Shown here piece by piece: positions 1 to 11,637 of a stretch of DNA of 64,000 nt. The DNA is from Lingula anatina (lineage: Eukaryota; Animalia; Brachiopoda). The stretch lies in contig CM120642.1 of assembly GCA_051362555.1 (NCBI GenBank), positions 18,104,001 to 18,168,000 of the forward strand. Reading direction: 5' to 3'. The notes below the pieces were generated by a model. That model had not been told where the DNA came from, did no database searches, and was given only the letters and a program-made list of their open reading frames with translations. Positions within the stretch are counted from its first letter, which is position 1. Each line of letters begins with the position of its first letter. The position numbers were made by a program, and so were the translations under genes.

Positions 1-480
1 TTTTTAATTATTCAATAAGATTACTATAAAAAAGACATACAAGATTCAAGATTCAAGTATTTATTCTGTGCTAAAACCCTAAACAAAATTATTACACATT
101 ATATAACCTTGCTGGCAACTAACATGTAACAAATTAAGGGTCACTCCTTGTCTTTTTGTACAAAACAATGTATATTTGAAAAAAAAAAAAAAAAAACTAC
201 ACTGCAAAAAGGTAAATATACAGACACTTAACAGGAGGAAATGTCACTTACATACATGTAAAGAAAACAGTTATAACAACAATTTTTTTTCAACACAAAG
301 CTGCTCATCGAATCTGAATTAACACAAATTACAAAAATTGTAATTAATTATGCATGTACATGGGGGAGGGGTTTGAGGGGGAAATATTTTTGCACACATT
401 GTCATTTTTAAACTAATTCAAACATATCATTAATAATAATAATCACTAATGAATATAGTTTTGTAATGAATAAATCTTGA

Positions 481-570
481 ATAATGAATGAAAAAACATT
501 GTTTTTTTAGATGATGGTGAGTTATATAATGAATGAAAAAACATTGTTTTTTTAGATGATGGTGAGTTAT
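481..570. repeat. 45-bp tandem duplication (2 copies)
   Basis: ATAATGAATGAAAAAACATTGTTTTTTTAGATGATGGTGAGTTAT occurs twice head-to-tail. Confidence 0.9.
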
Positions 571-1099
571 AACAAAATTATAAATAACCATGCAGTAACT
601 GTAATTCAACTTGCATGCTGGCTACAGTACTGTACATACATGTTAATTCTGAAAAAAAAATTTGTATACTCCAGCACAGATATAGATATACAATTAAAAG
701 AGAATTACATGTGCACAAAAACAAACCCCAGTATCAATGCTTTTGAATTAAATCACATCATGAATCAAATCACTCAATGAATTGAACCAGTTTGCAATGT
801 TTGCGCTTTTTTCAAATCCATAACACTAAGAAATGATACATCCGGCTCCTTGACAAGCTTATAATTATTAATGGAATCAACAATATGGAACAAGTAACTC
901 TACCAAGTTAACAACAGTTCATTCAAATGTCAAGTCAAAACACAACATCCCTTCCTTTCTTGGACAGAAACGGTCCTTTCAAAACATGTTTATTGACAGT
1001 TCAGTCTTTAAAATGTCCTTTCAAACATTTGCAGAATAGCATATGAACTCCCAACTTTTATTCCTTAAACCACACTGAAAATTCTCAAAACTTATCAAC

Positions 1100-1330
1100 T
1101 CATATCAAATCCCATGTCCTTTCACTACTACTGGTCTCTTCCTTTACGTCACATTCAAATGTTCCCTTCACTTTTAAAGGTTTCTCAGACGTGTATGAAT
1201 AATACTGTTTGTTTTCTAGTCCTCCACAAGAGCCACATTTATTTTTCTTGGATTTCAGCATTCTCCATGTATTTTCATCAATGATATTACAATATGCACC
1301 TGCATCTGGTAATACACTGAGATTAACACT
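1100..1330 (-). pseudogene. Gypsy aspartic protease remnant
   Basis: LPDAGAYCNIID resembles the retroviral-type protease motif (L/I)D(S/T)GAxxNII and lies inside the LTR element. Confidence 0.7.
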
Positions 1331-1426
1331 GCCTCTATTTCCTCCATGTCTTCTGTGTATATTGCATTGGTTCCCACACCAAATGTATATGCACTCCTGG
1401 ATTATCATGTTCAAAGCGGTCATTTA

Positions 1427-2403
1427 CACGCTCGGCTGTCACCTTGATTGGATAGTAAACGGTTGTCGTAAAATCGCTAAAAGATATTAAAACCCGGTGC
1501 ATAAACTTGAAAACCACCTAGGACAACCTCAGACTGCCACATTAATCCAATACAATGCAAAAATAAACTATAACAAGTGGTTAAAGCCTTCAAACCGAAT
1601 GTCGTAAAGTCCCCATATACCTCCATAGAGACAATAAAATATAGTCAGCTTGTGAAACAAGATAAATCCAGTTCCAACATAATAATCGAAATAAAATACT
1701 GCCGGGCATCGGAGCGGCCTAAAACTTGGCACGCTTACCGCTAATACTGCAGGCTACATCATCCCGTCGCTCGTTTGTAAATTCCGTGCATGGCATACGC
1801 ACAATCAAACCGTATATCCAAATTCCATCTCTGATGTTTGAATTAGTCCTCTACGCTATTCAAATCAAGAAGTGACGTAACCGCAGAGGTCACCGTACAC
1901 CGGGCTTACGAAAAATAAGCCATGCCATTGGACAATGCGACCTCTGCGGTTACGTCATTTCCTGAATTGGATTGTAGAGAGGACTAATTCAAACATCAGA
2001 GATGGAATTTGGATATACGGTTTGATTGTGCGTATGCCATGCACGGAATTTACAAACGAGCGACGGGATGATGTAGCCTGCAGTATTAGCGGTAAGCGTG
2101 CCAAGTTTTAGGCCGCTCCGATGCCCGGCAGTATTTTATTTCGATTATTATGTTGGAACTGGATTTATCTTGTTTCACAAGCTGACTATATTTTATTGTC
2201 TCTATGGAGGTATATGGGGACTTTACGACATTCGGTTTGAAGGCTTTAACCACTTGTTATAGTTTATTTTTGCATTGTATTGGATTAATGTGGCAGTCTG
2301 AGGTTGTCCTAGGTGGTTTTCAAGTTTATGTACCGGGTTTTAATATCTTTTAGCGATTTTACGACAACCGTTTACTATCCAATCAAGGTGACAGCCGAGC
2401 GTG
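1427..2403. mobile_element. Foldback-type non-autonomous DNA transposon with ~465-bp inverted arms and 8-bp TSD
   Basis: 1427-~1891 is the reverse complement of ~1939-2403. The outer ~430 bp is near-identical (one mismatch noticed) and the spacer is 47 bp. GTCATTTA flanks both sides (1419-1426, 2404-2411). Termini are CACGCTCGG...CCGAGCGTG. Confidence 0.93.
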
Positions 2404-2419
2404 GTCATTTACATGAATA

Positions 2420-2830
2420 ATCGTTTCAGTTTTGCAGACTTTTGCAAAGTGATCCAACGTTCCATGTTTTCTCAGTCAGGGAGTTTCTACTTCGTTTTTT
2501 ATGTCTAAACTCGTAATGTTTAGACTGGCTTGGTTTGTCAAATGACTTCGGTTTCATCACACTCACAGTTTCTGGTGTTCCAATTTCATTCAAAGCGTTA
2601 ACTGTCTTATGTATATTCATGTTTCTAACCTGTGTTTGGGAGAGTCCTGAAAATATCTTGTACACCTGTCCCTGCTGAATACAACACAAGCGCGCGTCTC
2701 CTCTGTCATGTATTTTTAATTTTCTATCTTTGTTCATTATTCATGCCGTCCGTTGGTTTTGAAAAGATCAATCTTTTCCGTCAGCGAAGAGGTTTAAACT
2801 GTATAGCCATCGCGTCGAGCGTGACCCTAA
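2420..2830 (-). pseudogene. Gypsy gag remnant (frameshifted)
   Basis: Minus-strand pieces RWLYSLNLFADGK and QRRRALVLYSAGTGVQDIFRTLPNTG are typical of the Gypsy gag N-terminus and lie just downstream of the PBS. Confidence 0.75.
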
Positions 2831-3310
2831 TGTCTGCGGACTTCTGTACGGTTCGAATTCCGTAATTTCACATTTTTCCTCCATTTTTTCAAAGAAAGTT
2901 GGCTTACAGTTTTGCACTAGTGTTAATCCTAGTCGCCAGTGTTGATGCCTTCGAAATAAATCGCATCACGAATCAAATCACTCAACGAATTGTATCAGTT
3001 TGATACGCTTGTGCTTTTTTCATATCCATAACTCTAAGAAACGCTACATCCGGGTCCTTGACCGGCTTTGCATAAAAACCGGAATCTTACAACAGCGGAA
3101 CGAGTAGTTCAAAAAAAGTTTTAGAACAGTGAATTCATTCAAATGTCAAGTCAAATTAAACAAATAGCACACGTATGAGGGGACTTTGAAGAAAAGAGAG
3201 AGAGATAAATTAAATCAAAATTTATCAAAAGACGTCAGTTCAATGCATTCAGCTCACTGGTCAATAAAAAATAAATAAATAGAAAATAAAAATTGAAAAT
3301 GAAAGTACCA

Positions 3311-3536
3311 TATCTGGCCCAAGTCTGGGCAGCATCTGGCAAAATGTGGCATAAATGCCAGACTTTGCCAGACTTGGCCCAGATCTGGCAAGTGTCTGGC
3401 AAAATGTGGCATAAATGCCAGACTTTGCCAGACTTGGCCCAGATCTGGCAAGTGTCTGGCAAAATCTGGCCCAGATATTGCCAGACGTTGCCAGATCTGG
3501 GCCAGACGTGGGCCAGATTACTGAGGCTGTCTGGGT
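3311..3536. repeat. 60-bp tandem repeat built of TCTGGC/GCCAGA sub-repeats; probable end of a non-autonomous DNA element
   Basis: Exact 60-bp period across 3335-3465, with many internal TCTGGC/GCCAGA palindromic units. Ends in GCTGTCTGGGT. Confidence 0.75.
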
Positions 3537-4655
3537 GGCATTTAACAAAGATATTTTTGACATCATGACAAATTTGTTGTCTTAGAAAAAAGTGTAAAAA
3601 GGTATTGTCTTTTTCTTTGAGCTCATTTAAAAAGCCCTTTTTACCCTTATATATTCCTTAAATAAAGTACCCATGTAGATAGTTCACAAGTCAAACTATG
3701 ACTTTTTAAGTCTAGCAACTTCAGGGTAGTATAAATTTTGAATCCCTGACTAAAGCATTTAATAACACCTAGAAGAGCTTGTATCCAAAAATCAAGTTTG
3801 GTGACACGCCCACCAACAAACAAGTGCTAACATAGATATATACACCATATACAAACGATATACACAAAGGATTACCTGACCAACCAAATCCTCATTAGGT
3901 CATTTATGCAAATAAATATGATACACGTTATCTGATGACAGTTGATATAATGTGATTTCGCCTCCTTGTTAGGTAATAGTGAGTAAACTGAATGAAATTG
4001 AGGATTTAACATGTAGCAAAACTGTAGGGATGTTTCTAAAGAATTTGAAGAGATTGTGTCATTGTATAAAGTGCTGTGAAGGCAGAAAAAGAGGGGCAGG
4101 AATCAGTCTTTTTAAATACAAATTTTTGTTCATATTTTTCGAAAAAGGCATCACATACAGATTTATATTCATATTCTCATAGCCAAACTGAATTAGGGCT
4201 TACAATGCTACAGCTAAATCAGGGATCTCACAGGCCAAACACATTTTGAATTTGGTTTATCTTATTTAAGATTTCCAAATGTAACATATTTAAACCAATT
4301 TAAACAACTGGAAACTTGAATTCCTTATAACATTGTTAAATTATACATCAAGTTGCTAGTTTGGCAATTGTTTTTAGCCTATAATTTGTTAGCATGTAAT
4401 TGTTAAAAATCAGGTTTGGAATTTTTATGAGTGACATTCCAAAACAAACACTTGCAATGGATTGATATCACTGTGTCTTATATGATAATAACACTAAGAG
4501 CTCTATCCTACACCCCTACATTGCTATTCAGGGCCCTAGTATGTGAAGAGCAGCTTCTCTAGAGAGATTTAAATTTTTTTTTATTGGGGGTGGGGGGTGG
4601 GGGCATCAGAAGCTCTGACTAACCCTTGCTCAGTTTCTAGATGGGTCCCACAGGT

Positions 4656-4687
<32 letters not shown>

Positions 4688-5773
4688 CTCCAACAGCCGT
4701 CTTCCCCCACCCCCCATAAAAAAGCATTTTTCTCATCCTACGCTGCTTATAAATAGAATGAAAATGCCACACCTTTTTCATTGTGGCAAAGCATTTTCAT
4801 CACATGTAAACTGACCAAATAAAGTCAGAGTAAATCATCTTAATTATGTTGAAAAGTCAGGTCAACAACAAATATTCAAGCAACTGACTAAACAGTGTTG
4901 GGCTATTTTAAGCGTGACGTGTAGGTTCTCAATTTATTCATGTGTGAATAAGAGTTTTGTGGTATTTGTGTGGGACTTATGTTGGCTTTAAAACTTACTC
5001 TATCTTCAAATCTTGCTTTTTTCTTATAGTGCCCGTTGAATTTTCTGGAAGTTCTAAAGAAAATTTGAGAAATGAAAGTTTGAAAAATAGAAAATAATTA
5101 AACTAAAAGTTAATTGTAAAGATAGATGGATTTTTCATTTGATTCACAGAATGAGATCTGGGAGTATCTGCCCCTCATTGAGAGATTAATACATTTTGTG
5201 GGTGGACTCATTAACTGCTGTATAAACAGAATTAGACATGAACAATTTCTATATAAATTTGTGAGTTACTTTAACTGTCATGACTGAATTGAATATTACA
5301 GTTGGTATAACTGATGGTAAGTTTTGTCTTTTCCTTGTCATTTTTATCTTGTTCCACTCAGGTAAGGTCAGCTTATCTTGTAGCTCCACCGATTACTTTT
5401 GGCAGTATATCTACTCTCTCTGTTGTCCTGCTTCATCCCTTTGAGATGGACTAAAATGAGGCTAGGAGCAGTGCAGGATGTTAATTGAGACTAGAAAATG
5501 TGTGAGAATCTGCATGAAATATGGCATGTTTTTAAGTAGTGGGAGTGAAATGTGATGCATCAGAGATTTCACCTAAGAAGTAATACTTAGACCCTATTCC
5601 CATAGACACAATCAATCTACGTGGATCAACTTAACTCTCCAGGGACTCTCACTAATTGCAATCAGCTTAAGTGAAAGGCACACGGTGATTGCAGTCAGGG
5701 AGAGTCTCCTCAGAGTTGGGCTGATCCATGTAGACTGATGGTTTTTATGGGAATGGAGTCTTAATGGCAGTAG

Positions 5774-5824
5774 ACACGCACACACACACATGCACGCACA
5801 CACACACACACACACAAACACACA
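5774..5824. repeat. (CA)n microsatellite, imperfect
   Basis: Direct inspection. Confidence 0.9.
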
Positions 5825-5962
5825 TCATTGGATACCACACTCTGGCAAGTCCCTGCTAGGTTTTATGTTGTCAATTTGGTCCTGTTAGGTTGACTCTGTG
5901 GTGAGCTAATCACAAACAGTATCAAACAGTACCAAGTTCAGATGACCCACACTTGACTGTTA

Positions 5963-6930
5963 GGCCACACTTTTTTAATTTTATGGATGACATCCTGCGC
6001 GCGCACGGATTTTCGCCCGTTCTCCAAAAAAAAAAAAAAAAAGCCCCCCCCCCCAGCCCCCAACGAAGTCGGTTGTCGCAAACGTTGTTATTGAATTTGC
6101 AAGGAAATGAGCTTTCTGCGCATGCGTATTTTCGCCACGTGGAAATGCGGCCACTTTGCTGTCAAATTCATCTCTAGGATTACTTTCAAATTACACAACA
6201 ATAAAAGTCATAAAGAGAACGGGCGCCATCGTTTTGGATTGGTATGCCATTGATATTGGGCATGGAGATATCACCTTTTTACAATTGTGCGAAAGGCTGG
6301 CGGTGGCCGAAACATTTCTGTGACATTCTGTATAAAGCAGCACATTAATACCAGGTTTTCTGTAGCGAAAAAAGGGTCGACAAGGGCGTCGAGGTATTTG
6401 GTGGGCTGAAGGTCGGACAGGCCACCTGACAGTTTAGCTGCTTCGTGTGAGTTGAAGTTGACAAAATGGCATCGTCTGAAATGACCTTTAATAGATTTGG
6501 TAGTATTAAGCATATCTTTGCATCATTTTTTAAACATTTCTGTGAAGTGTTCAAAATGTTTTAATATTATGAGAATACAAATCAAGACACACTGTTTGAT
6601 TGATATTTGTTTTATTGATTGCTATACCAAATGAATGCATGAAATAACCTTAAATAGATTTGGTAATATGAAGTATATCAATTCATGACTTTTTTTTACA
6701 TTTCTACGAAGTATTCACAATGCTTTAATATTTTGAGAGCATGGATAAAGACATATTGTTAGTTTGATACGTGTTTCTGTGGTTAAATTTGTGTTTCCAG
6801 CTGTGTACTGACAGCATTCCTTTACTTAAGCAGTTTTTTTTTTGGACTGTTTTTTTTTTTTTTTTCGCCCTCTCGCACCGATTTTGGGGTACCCAGAGGA
6901 TGTCATCCATAAAAATAAAAAAGTGTGGCC
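5963..6930. mobile_element. PIF/Harbinger-type MITE (~970 bp)
   Basis: 34-bp TIR GGCCACACTTTTTTA(A/T)TTTTATGGATGACATCCT with 1 mismatch. TTA TSD at 5960-5962 and 6931-6933. CpG-rich relative to its flanks, with an internal diverged ~100-bp duplication (~6480/~6640). Confidence 0.88.
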
Positions 6931-7061
6931 TTATAAGATGCTTTTGATATGTTGGATCCAACGTACACTATTTTTTATCCTAGTCGAAATGTTCTGTATG
7001 ACTGTTGCCTGATGAAAGATGTTATATTGATAGTACATGTAGGCACTGCATGTCTACCTCA

Positions 7062-7155
7062 CAGGCACGTAGGCAGGGGGAGTTTGGAAGGGGTTTGAAA
7101 TAACCTCCCTTTGGGCAGGAAAAAGGCACTCTGAACTGAAATTTGATCAAGGTAA
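7062..7155 (+). repeat. Dispersed repeat (hAT-like MITE end), related copy at 27136-27319
   Basis: Shares CAGG..CGTAGGCAGGG...CAGGAAAA.GGC.CTC.GAA...GAAAT.TGA.CAAG with 27136-27240. Confidence 0.55.
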
Positions 7156-8291
7156 TTCTTTGTCATTTCTCAAGTTATGTCATCTAAGGGGGTAGAAAGA
7201 GCCAATTTATTTTCAAAAATAAAAAATAAAGTAATAATGAAAGAAAAGAAAAGAAAAAGAAAAAAAAAACATTACGGGTCTGATTTAAAAGATCTTTGTG
7301 GTTATTATTCTGCATGAGAAAACCACAAAATGTTGACAACGAGGGCATTCAAGGTTAACAGTGAGAAAAAAAAGTCCTGACAAAATACGTAGCTTAGATC
7401 TGATCAAATAAAAAGCTTACAGTTTAAAGATTATATTGCCCTTCAACTGATGAATTTGTTTTCCTTCCGCATACGTCCCTTGAAACCAAATTTCGGCATT
7501 ACAGTGCAGTCCTGAGAAATGAAATTCAATACGCACAAAAAATATTGGCTTTGCCTCTACTTAATCATTTCTGAAATGATTTAACCCATAGAATAAATTA
7601 GGTGTTATCTGACTAAGGCTGACAGGATGGGATCACAATACTACCTACTTCGTTGGCAGAAAATCAGTCAGTAGGAAAAAAAGGGAATAATAAATACGTA
7701 GATGCGAATCAATATGGAGAATAATACAGCATTGAATCTGACTTTAAAAGTCATGGTTATTGTTGCATTAGAAGCTTATTTGGATAGCTGCTTAATTTGC
7801 CAGCACGTGGCGAGAGTCTGCTGAATGTGTTTTGGCAACAAAAAAAACTATTGACCCGGAAATGTGGGGTATAAATTTGCTACTGTAAAAGTTACGGTTT
7901 TTTTCAAGACCAGAAAATCCCATCCTATATCCTGGGCTTCATAATTGACAGAGGCAGATACTGTTTACTTTTTGATGGAATATTGCAGCTGAAACACTAG
8001 GCGTCTCCCCGTTGATAGTTCCTGTTACGTGAGCAACAGCATGTGCAGCGTGAAACTCGTCTCCAACGTAAACTTAAGCAACTGACAAATCTATTGATAC
8101 TCCTGTCAGTATAGAAGAGCTAATCCACCATGTGTTATATACCAATTTCTTTCTCGAACAGCGGTAATATCCTGTGCACTATGTACTGTGGATAAATACC
8201 ACATCTGAGTAAGAATTGACTAGCAACTCACTGTTGTATTGATGGGAGTTACGTCCATAGGTAAAATAGATTAGCTGCAAGTTATATACAC

Positions 8292-8328
8292 CTAAGATCT
8301 AATAAACAGATGGTATATTAGATCTTAG
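8292..8328. mobile_element. 37-bp TIR-only mini-element with 7-bp TSD
   Basis: CTAAGATCTAATAAAC-agatg-GTATATTAGATCTTAG (15/16 inverted match), flanked by TATACAC at 8285-8291 and 8329-8335. Confidence 0.65.
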
Positions 8329-11038
8329 TATACACCTATCCGGAATTTTAGAACAAGTTGTTTGTTCTCTTGACCTTTTTTTATATCATCTACCAATCTA
8401 TCATATTTCATGTAGACAGAAGATGAGACTGTAATCAGATAAATGACAATCTTTATCACAAAATGCAGCAGCAAAAAAAAAAAAAAAAAAAAAAAGATTC
8501 GATATACTACATGTACAATTCACATAGCAAATTTTAAAAGTGAACACTATAATATCAGTATATGAAATGTAAATACGTTTGTGTGTACTTTATTTAATCA
8601 TGCTGACATCATCAGATAATCAGGGACAGACTAAGAGATATTTTTTGAATCTTCCAAATTATCTTTGTTGATCCATCCTCAATTTTTGACCCTCTTCAGA
8701 CAGAAAAAAAATAGATGCCCGTCAATGTAAACTCAAAAATTCTGACCATCTTCTGGAATACCCAGAAGATGGCTTCCATCCGCCCCTGGATATATCAGCG
8801 CAGGTGCGTTTTTTTTTTTATTTGAAATGATAAAGCATATATACCAGTACACGGGGTAATTGGAAAGAAAGAAGGGAATGACTCATCATGAACTCGGTAC
8901 CTTCAATTCATTTGACAATACAGAGAATTCCCTTGTGGCATTCAATTACCTAGATTTCTCATGTTATTCTTTGAAACCCTGGATAATTACCGTGTATATG
9001 TGCCTCGATATTCAACTGTCTTGAGACCCACTGTTACCTGTATTAACAAAGAAGAAGTATCTATCGTTTGATAAAGAGCATGTAATCTCAGGGGACATTT
9101 TCCTTTGTTGTTATTGCTGTCCAATATCTTATTTCAGTCTTGAGTGATATTTTAGAATATCCCCATTTTAATAATTATTGTATTTACCCGCTGATCAAAA
9201 ATTTCTGTGTGTAATATATAATAACAATGATAGATCTAATAATATGCCGTCCTCATTGTCTGTACGCTACCTGTATGCGCTTGAGGCTCACCGTGTAAGA
9301 TTCAATTTTTTAACCGACATAGCTTGAAAACCCGGCCTTGGTAGTGCTGGGTCCAATTTAAGTATGGAATACCTTTGGGATATTTCTATAATAATTAAGA
9401 AATGCCATTAATGTAGCCTAGACCAAAGGTGATTAAGTATACGGGCTCATTGGATGATTGATAAGCAGAGAAAAAAGTAATCGAGTCCTACAGAACAAAA
9501 ATTTCCTTTAATCCTGTGTGCTGCCTCTTTACTAAAAAAAAAAAACAAAAAAACAATGAGAGAGAGAGGGAGAGAGACAGATTTATGTCTTCCAAGTAAT
9601 AGCTAAAATTTTTTTTTACCAAAACCTGCGAAAATACCCATGCAGCCTCTATGTGAGTGCATGGAAGTCAACTATACATGAACCTCTGAACTAGGCGTTT
9701 ACTCAACACGGGGAATTACATGCGTCCTTGTGAAATGCTAGCGAACCGAGCTACTGTAATTTACATTGAGGCAGTAAGTATTTGAAGAAGTCTTATGTGA
9801 ATACACTAAGTGTCAGCCCCAGCCATTGCAGCAAGTCCGCGTTGCCCTGCGGTGGCAAAAGCACAATAACAGTGTCATTTACAAGGCATTAGCATGATTG
9901 CAGCTCATTAATAACGCACGTCGTAATTTGAATCCGTCGCCAACTTTGAGAAAATGGACTTTTTTGGGGTGACAAATATCAAGTAAAGGCGTTGGCAGGG
10001 AAATGACATCTAGCTGTAGCAATTAGCGATATATGGTGCATTTGGACTTAATAAGGATATGAAAGGATTACAGAGTTAATTACTGTGATCGCTCACCAGA
10101 TCGATAAAAGCTGGAGAAAATCGTGACGATGTTTTCCCGTTCTCATGGACTGGTGCAGTTTCTTTCGACAGGTTACGTATATGTTTTGGCCTTATGAAAC
10201 TTGCTGTATGAAGCTTTATGAATTAAGAGAAAGTCTGACGGTTTCCTCATATATCAGGTCGTGGTCAGTATCACATGCATAAATCTGATAGCTTTTGGTG
10301 CAGCAGGTGAGGATGATCATTAACGTCTGTAATGTGATAATATATTTTGTGAACAGTCGAAGTCTCGGATGACGGTCAAATGCCAACGGTTCATTGTTTA
10401 AGTTTAGAAAAAAAGAACCGGCTTGTAGTTTAGGCGGTAGGTTCCTCGTTAGCATTGCCACTCAAAGCTTGCAAGGTTTTTTAATGACCAACGGACATGG
10501 TTTATCACGTAAGTTGTTAATGCATGCGAGTTATAACTCGTAACTTGTGCAAATATGATGCACAAAGCAGCTCTTTTCTGCCCAAGATTTAGATCAATGA
10601 TGCGTTTCAGAGCGGGAAACCTCCAGCACTGCTGATGTGAAGAGTGACTTTTTAAAAGACCCTGGTTGATTGTATCAGCAAAATATTTAGTGCGGGTACT
10701 CATACCCGGAAATATTGCTAGTTTTAATGAATGTGCGTTTTTTTTCAACGGAAAAAACTGTTTTTATCGATGAAAATAGATCAGTAGCACATAGCTGGTT
10801 ACACTTGGTTTTTGTTCTGACATGATGCTTGATGATTATGGGTATGGTTTTCCCAAGAACAAATTACGAATGATTATTTTGTCCATGGTTTTCCGAATTT
10901 CAGGGTAACGCGCTTCAAGATAACAAAATTGGTATATTCTGTTGCATAGGAATTTATCAAGGCTTAAATTCAAGTAAGGGTATTCGACAGTTTAACTGTG
11001 ACGAGATCGTACATGTAGAATGTTATTTAGAATGTGAT

Positions 11039-11069
<31 letters not shown>
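11039..11069. repeat. (GA)n microsatellite
   Basis: Direct inspection. Confidence 0.9.
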
Positions 11070-11529
11070 TATAACCATTTAGATGAAAGAATATTCCTTA
11101 CTTTTGAACCGGACGCTTGTCGAAGGTTGTAAAGTGGACTGCACTTGATTTTTGATTGAAATTATGTTTTTAAACATTAAGATCGAATGCAATACTAAAT
11201 ATTGTTTAGTAAGTGCGCCTAATGCTTTCTACTGCAAGAGCAGTTTTCGTGTAGGATCTGTTAGGCTATCATAGCAAAGATCACGTTTCTTCTAAAAGGG
11301 TCAGGAAGCCACGACCGCAACATCCACTTCATCTCTGGTAGCAAGACGACGTTCGGAAAAAAGTGAACGTGACGCACTTGAAACACGTCATTTAGTCTTG
11401 AAGCAATTAACATAATTGTGCTTCTTATTCCAGATATATAGCTCATTTTTCTATTTTTTTTTAACAAAAAAGGAACCTCGTTGATAGCACGTTCTTTTGT
11501 TCCAGCACGAATCCGGCAGGCACGCAAAA

Positions 11530-11637
11530 TAGGCTTGGGCGAGAGATTGTGGGTCCGCTTCCGTCAGTGCCGAGATGGATGCAGTTCTAAGAAGTAGTTC
11601 TCAAACCCTGTCCAAGAACTCGGACCGTAACTAATAG
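11530..11637 (+). other. Candidate non-coding first exon of the coiled-coil gene
   Basis: CpG-rich patch ending in a good donor AG|GTAAGC (11638). A strong acceptor exists at 15725 upstream of the CDS. The pairing of the two sites is inferred. Confidence 0.3.

Larger units (their letters stand above)
732..3170 (-). mobile_element. Degenerate, internally deleted Ty3/Gypsy LTR retrotransposon
   Basis: Diverged direct repeats (LTRs) at ~732-947 and ~2940-3160. PBS on - strand TGGCGACTAGGAT (2926-2938), 1 mismatch to the tRNA-Ser(GCU) 3' end complement. PPT AGAAAGGAAGGGA (948-960) abuts the TGTTG LTR start. Gag remnant QRRRALVLYSAGTGVQDIFRTLPNTG (~2630-2707, -) and protease remnant LPDAGAYCNIIDENTW...YSYTSEKPLKVKGTFECDVK (~1140-1320, -). 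RT, RNase H and integrase are absent. Confidence 0.85.

Noticed and set aside
2846-2865. GGTTCGAATTCC resembling a tRNA T-loop/B-box
   Set aside because: No cloverleaf or A-box; it lies within the Gypsy gag 5' region.
3235-3568. Four overlapping ORFs with repetitive peptides
   Set aside because: They are translations of a stop-poor 60-bp tandem/palindromic repeat, not genes.
8621-8788. Possible hAT MITE (CAGGGAC...CGCCCCTG)
   Set aside because: TIR match is poor and no TSD can be identified.
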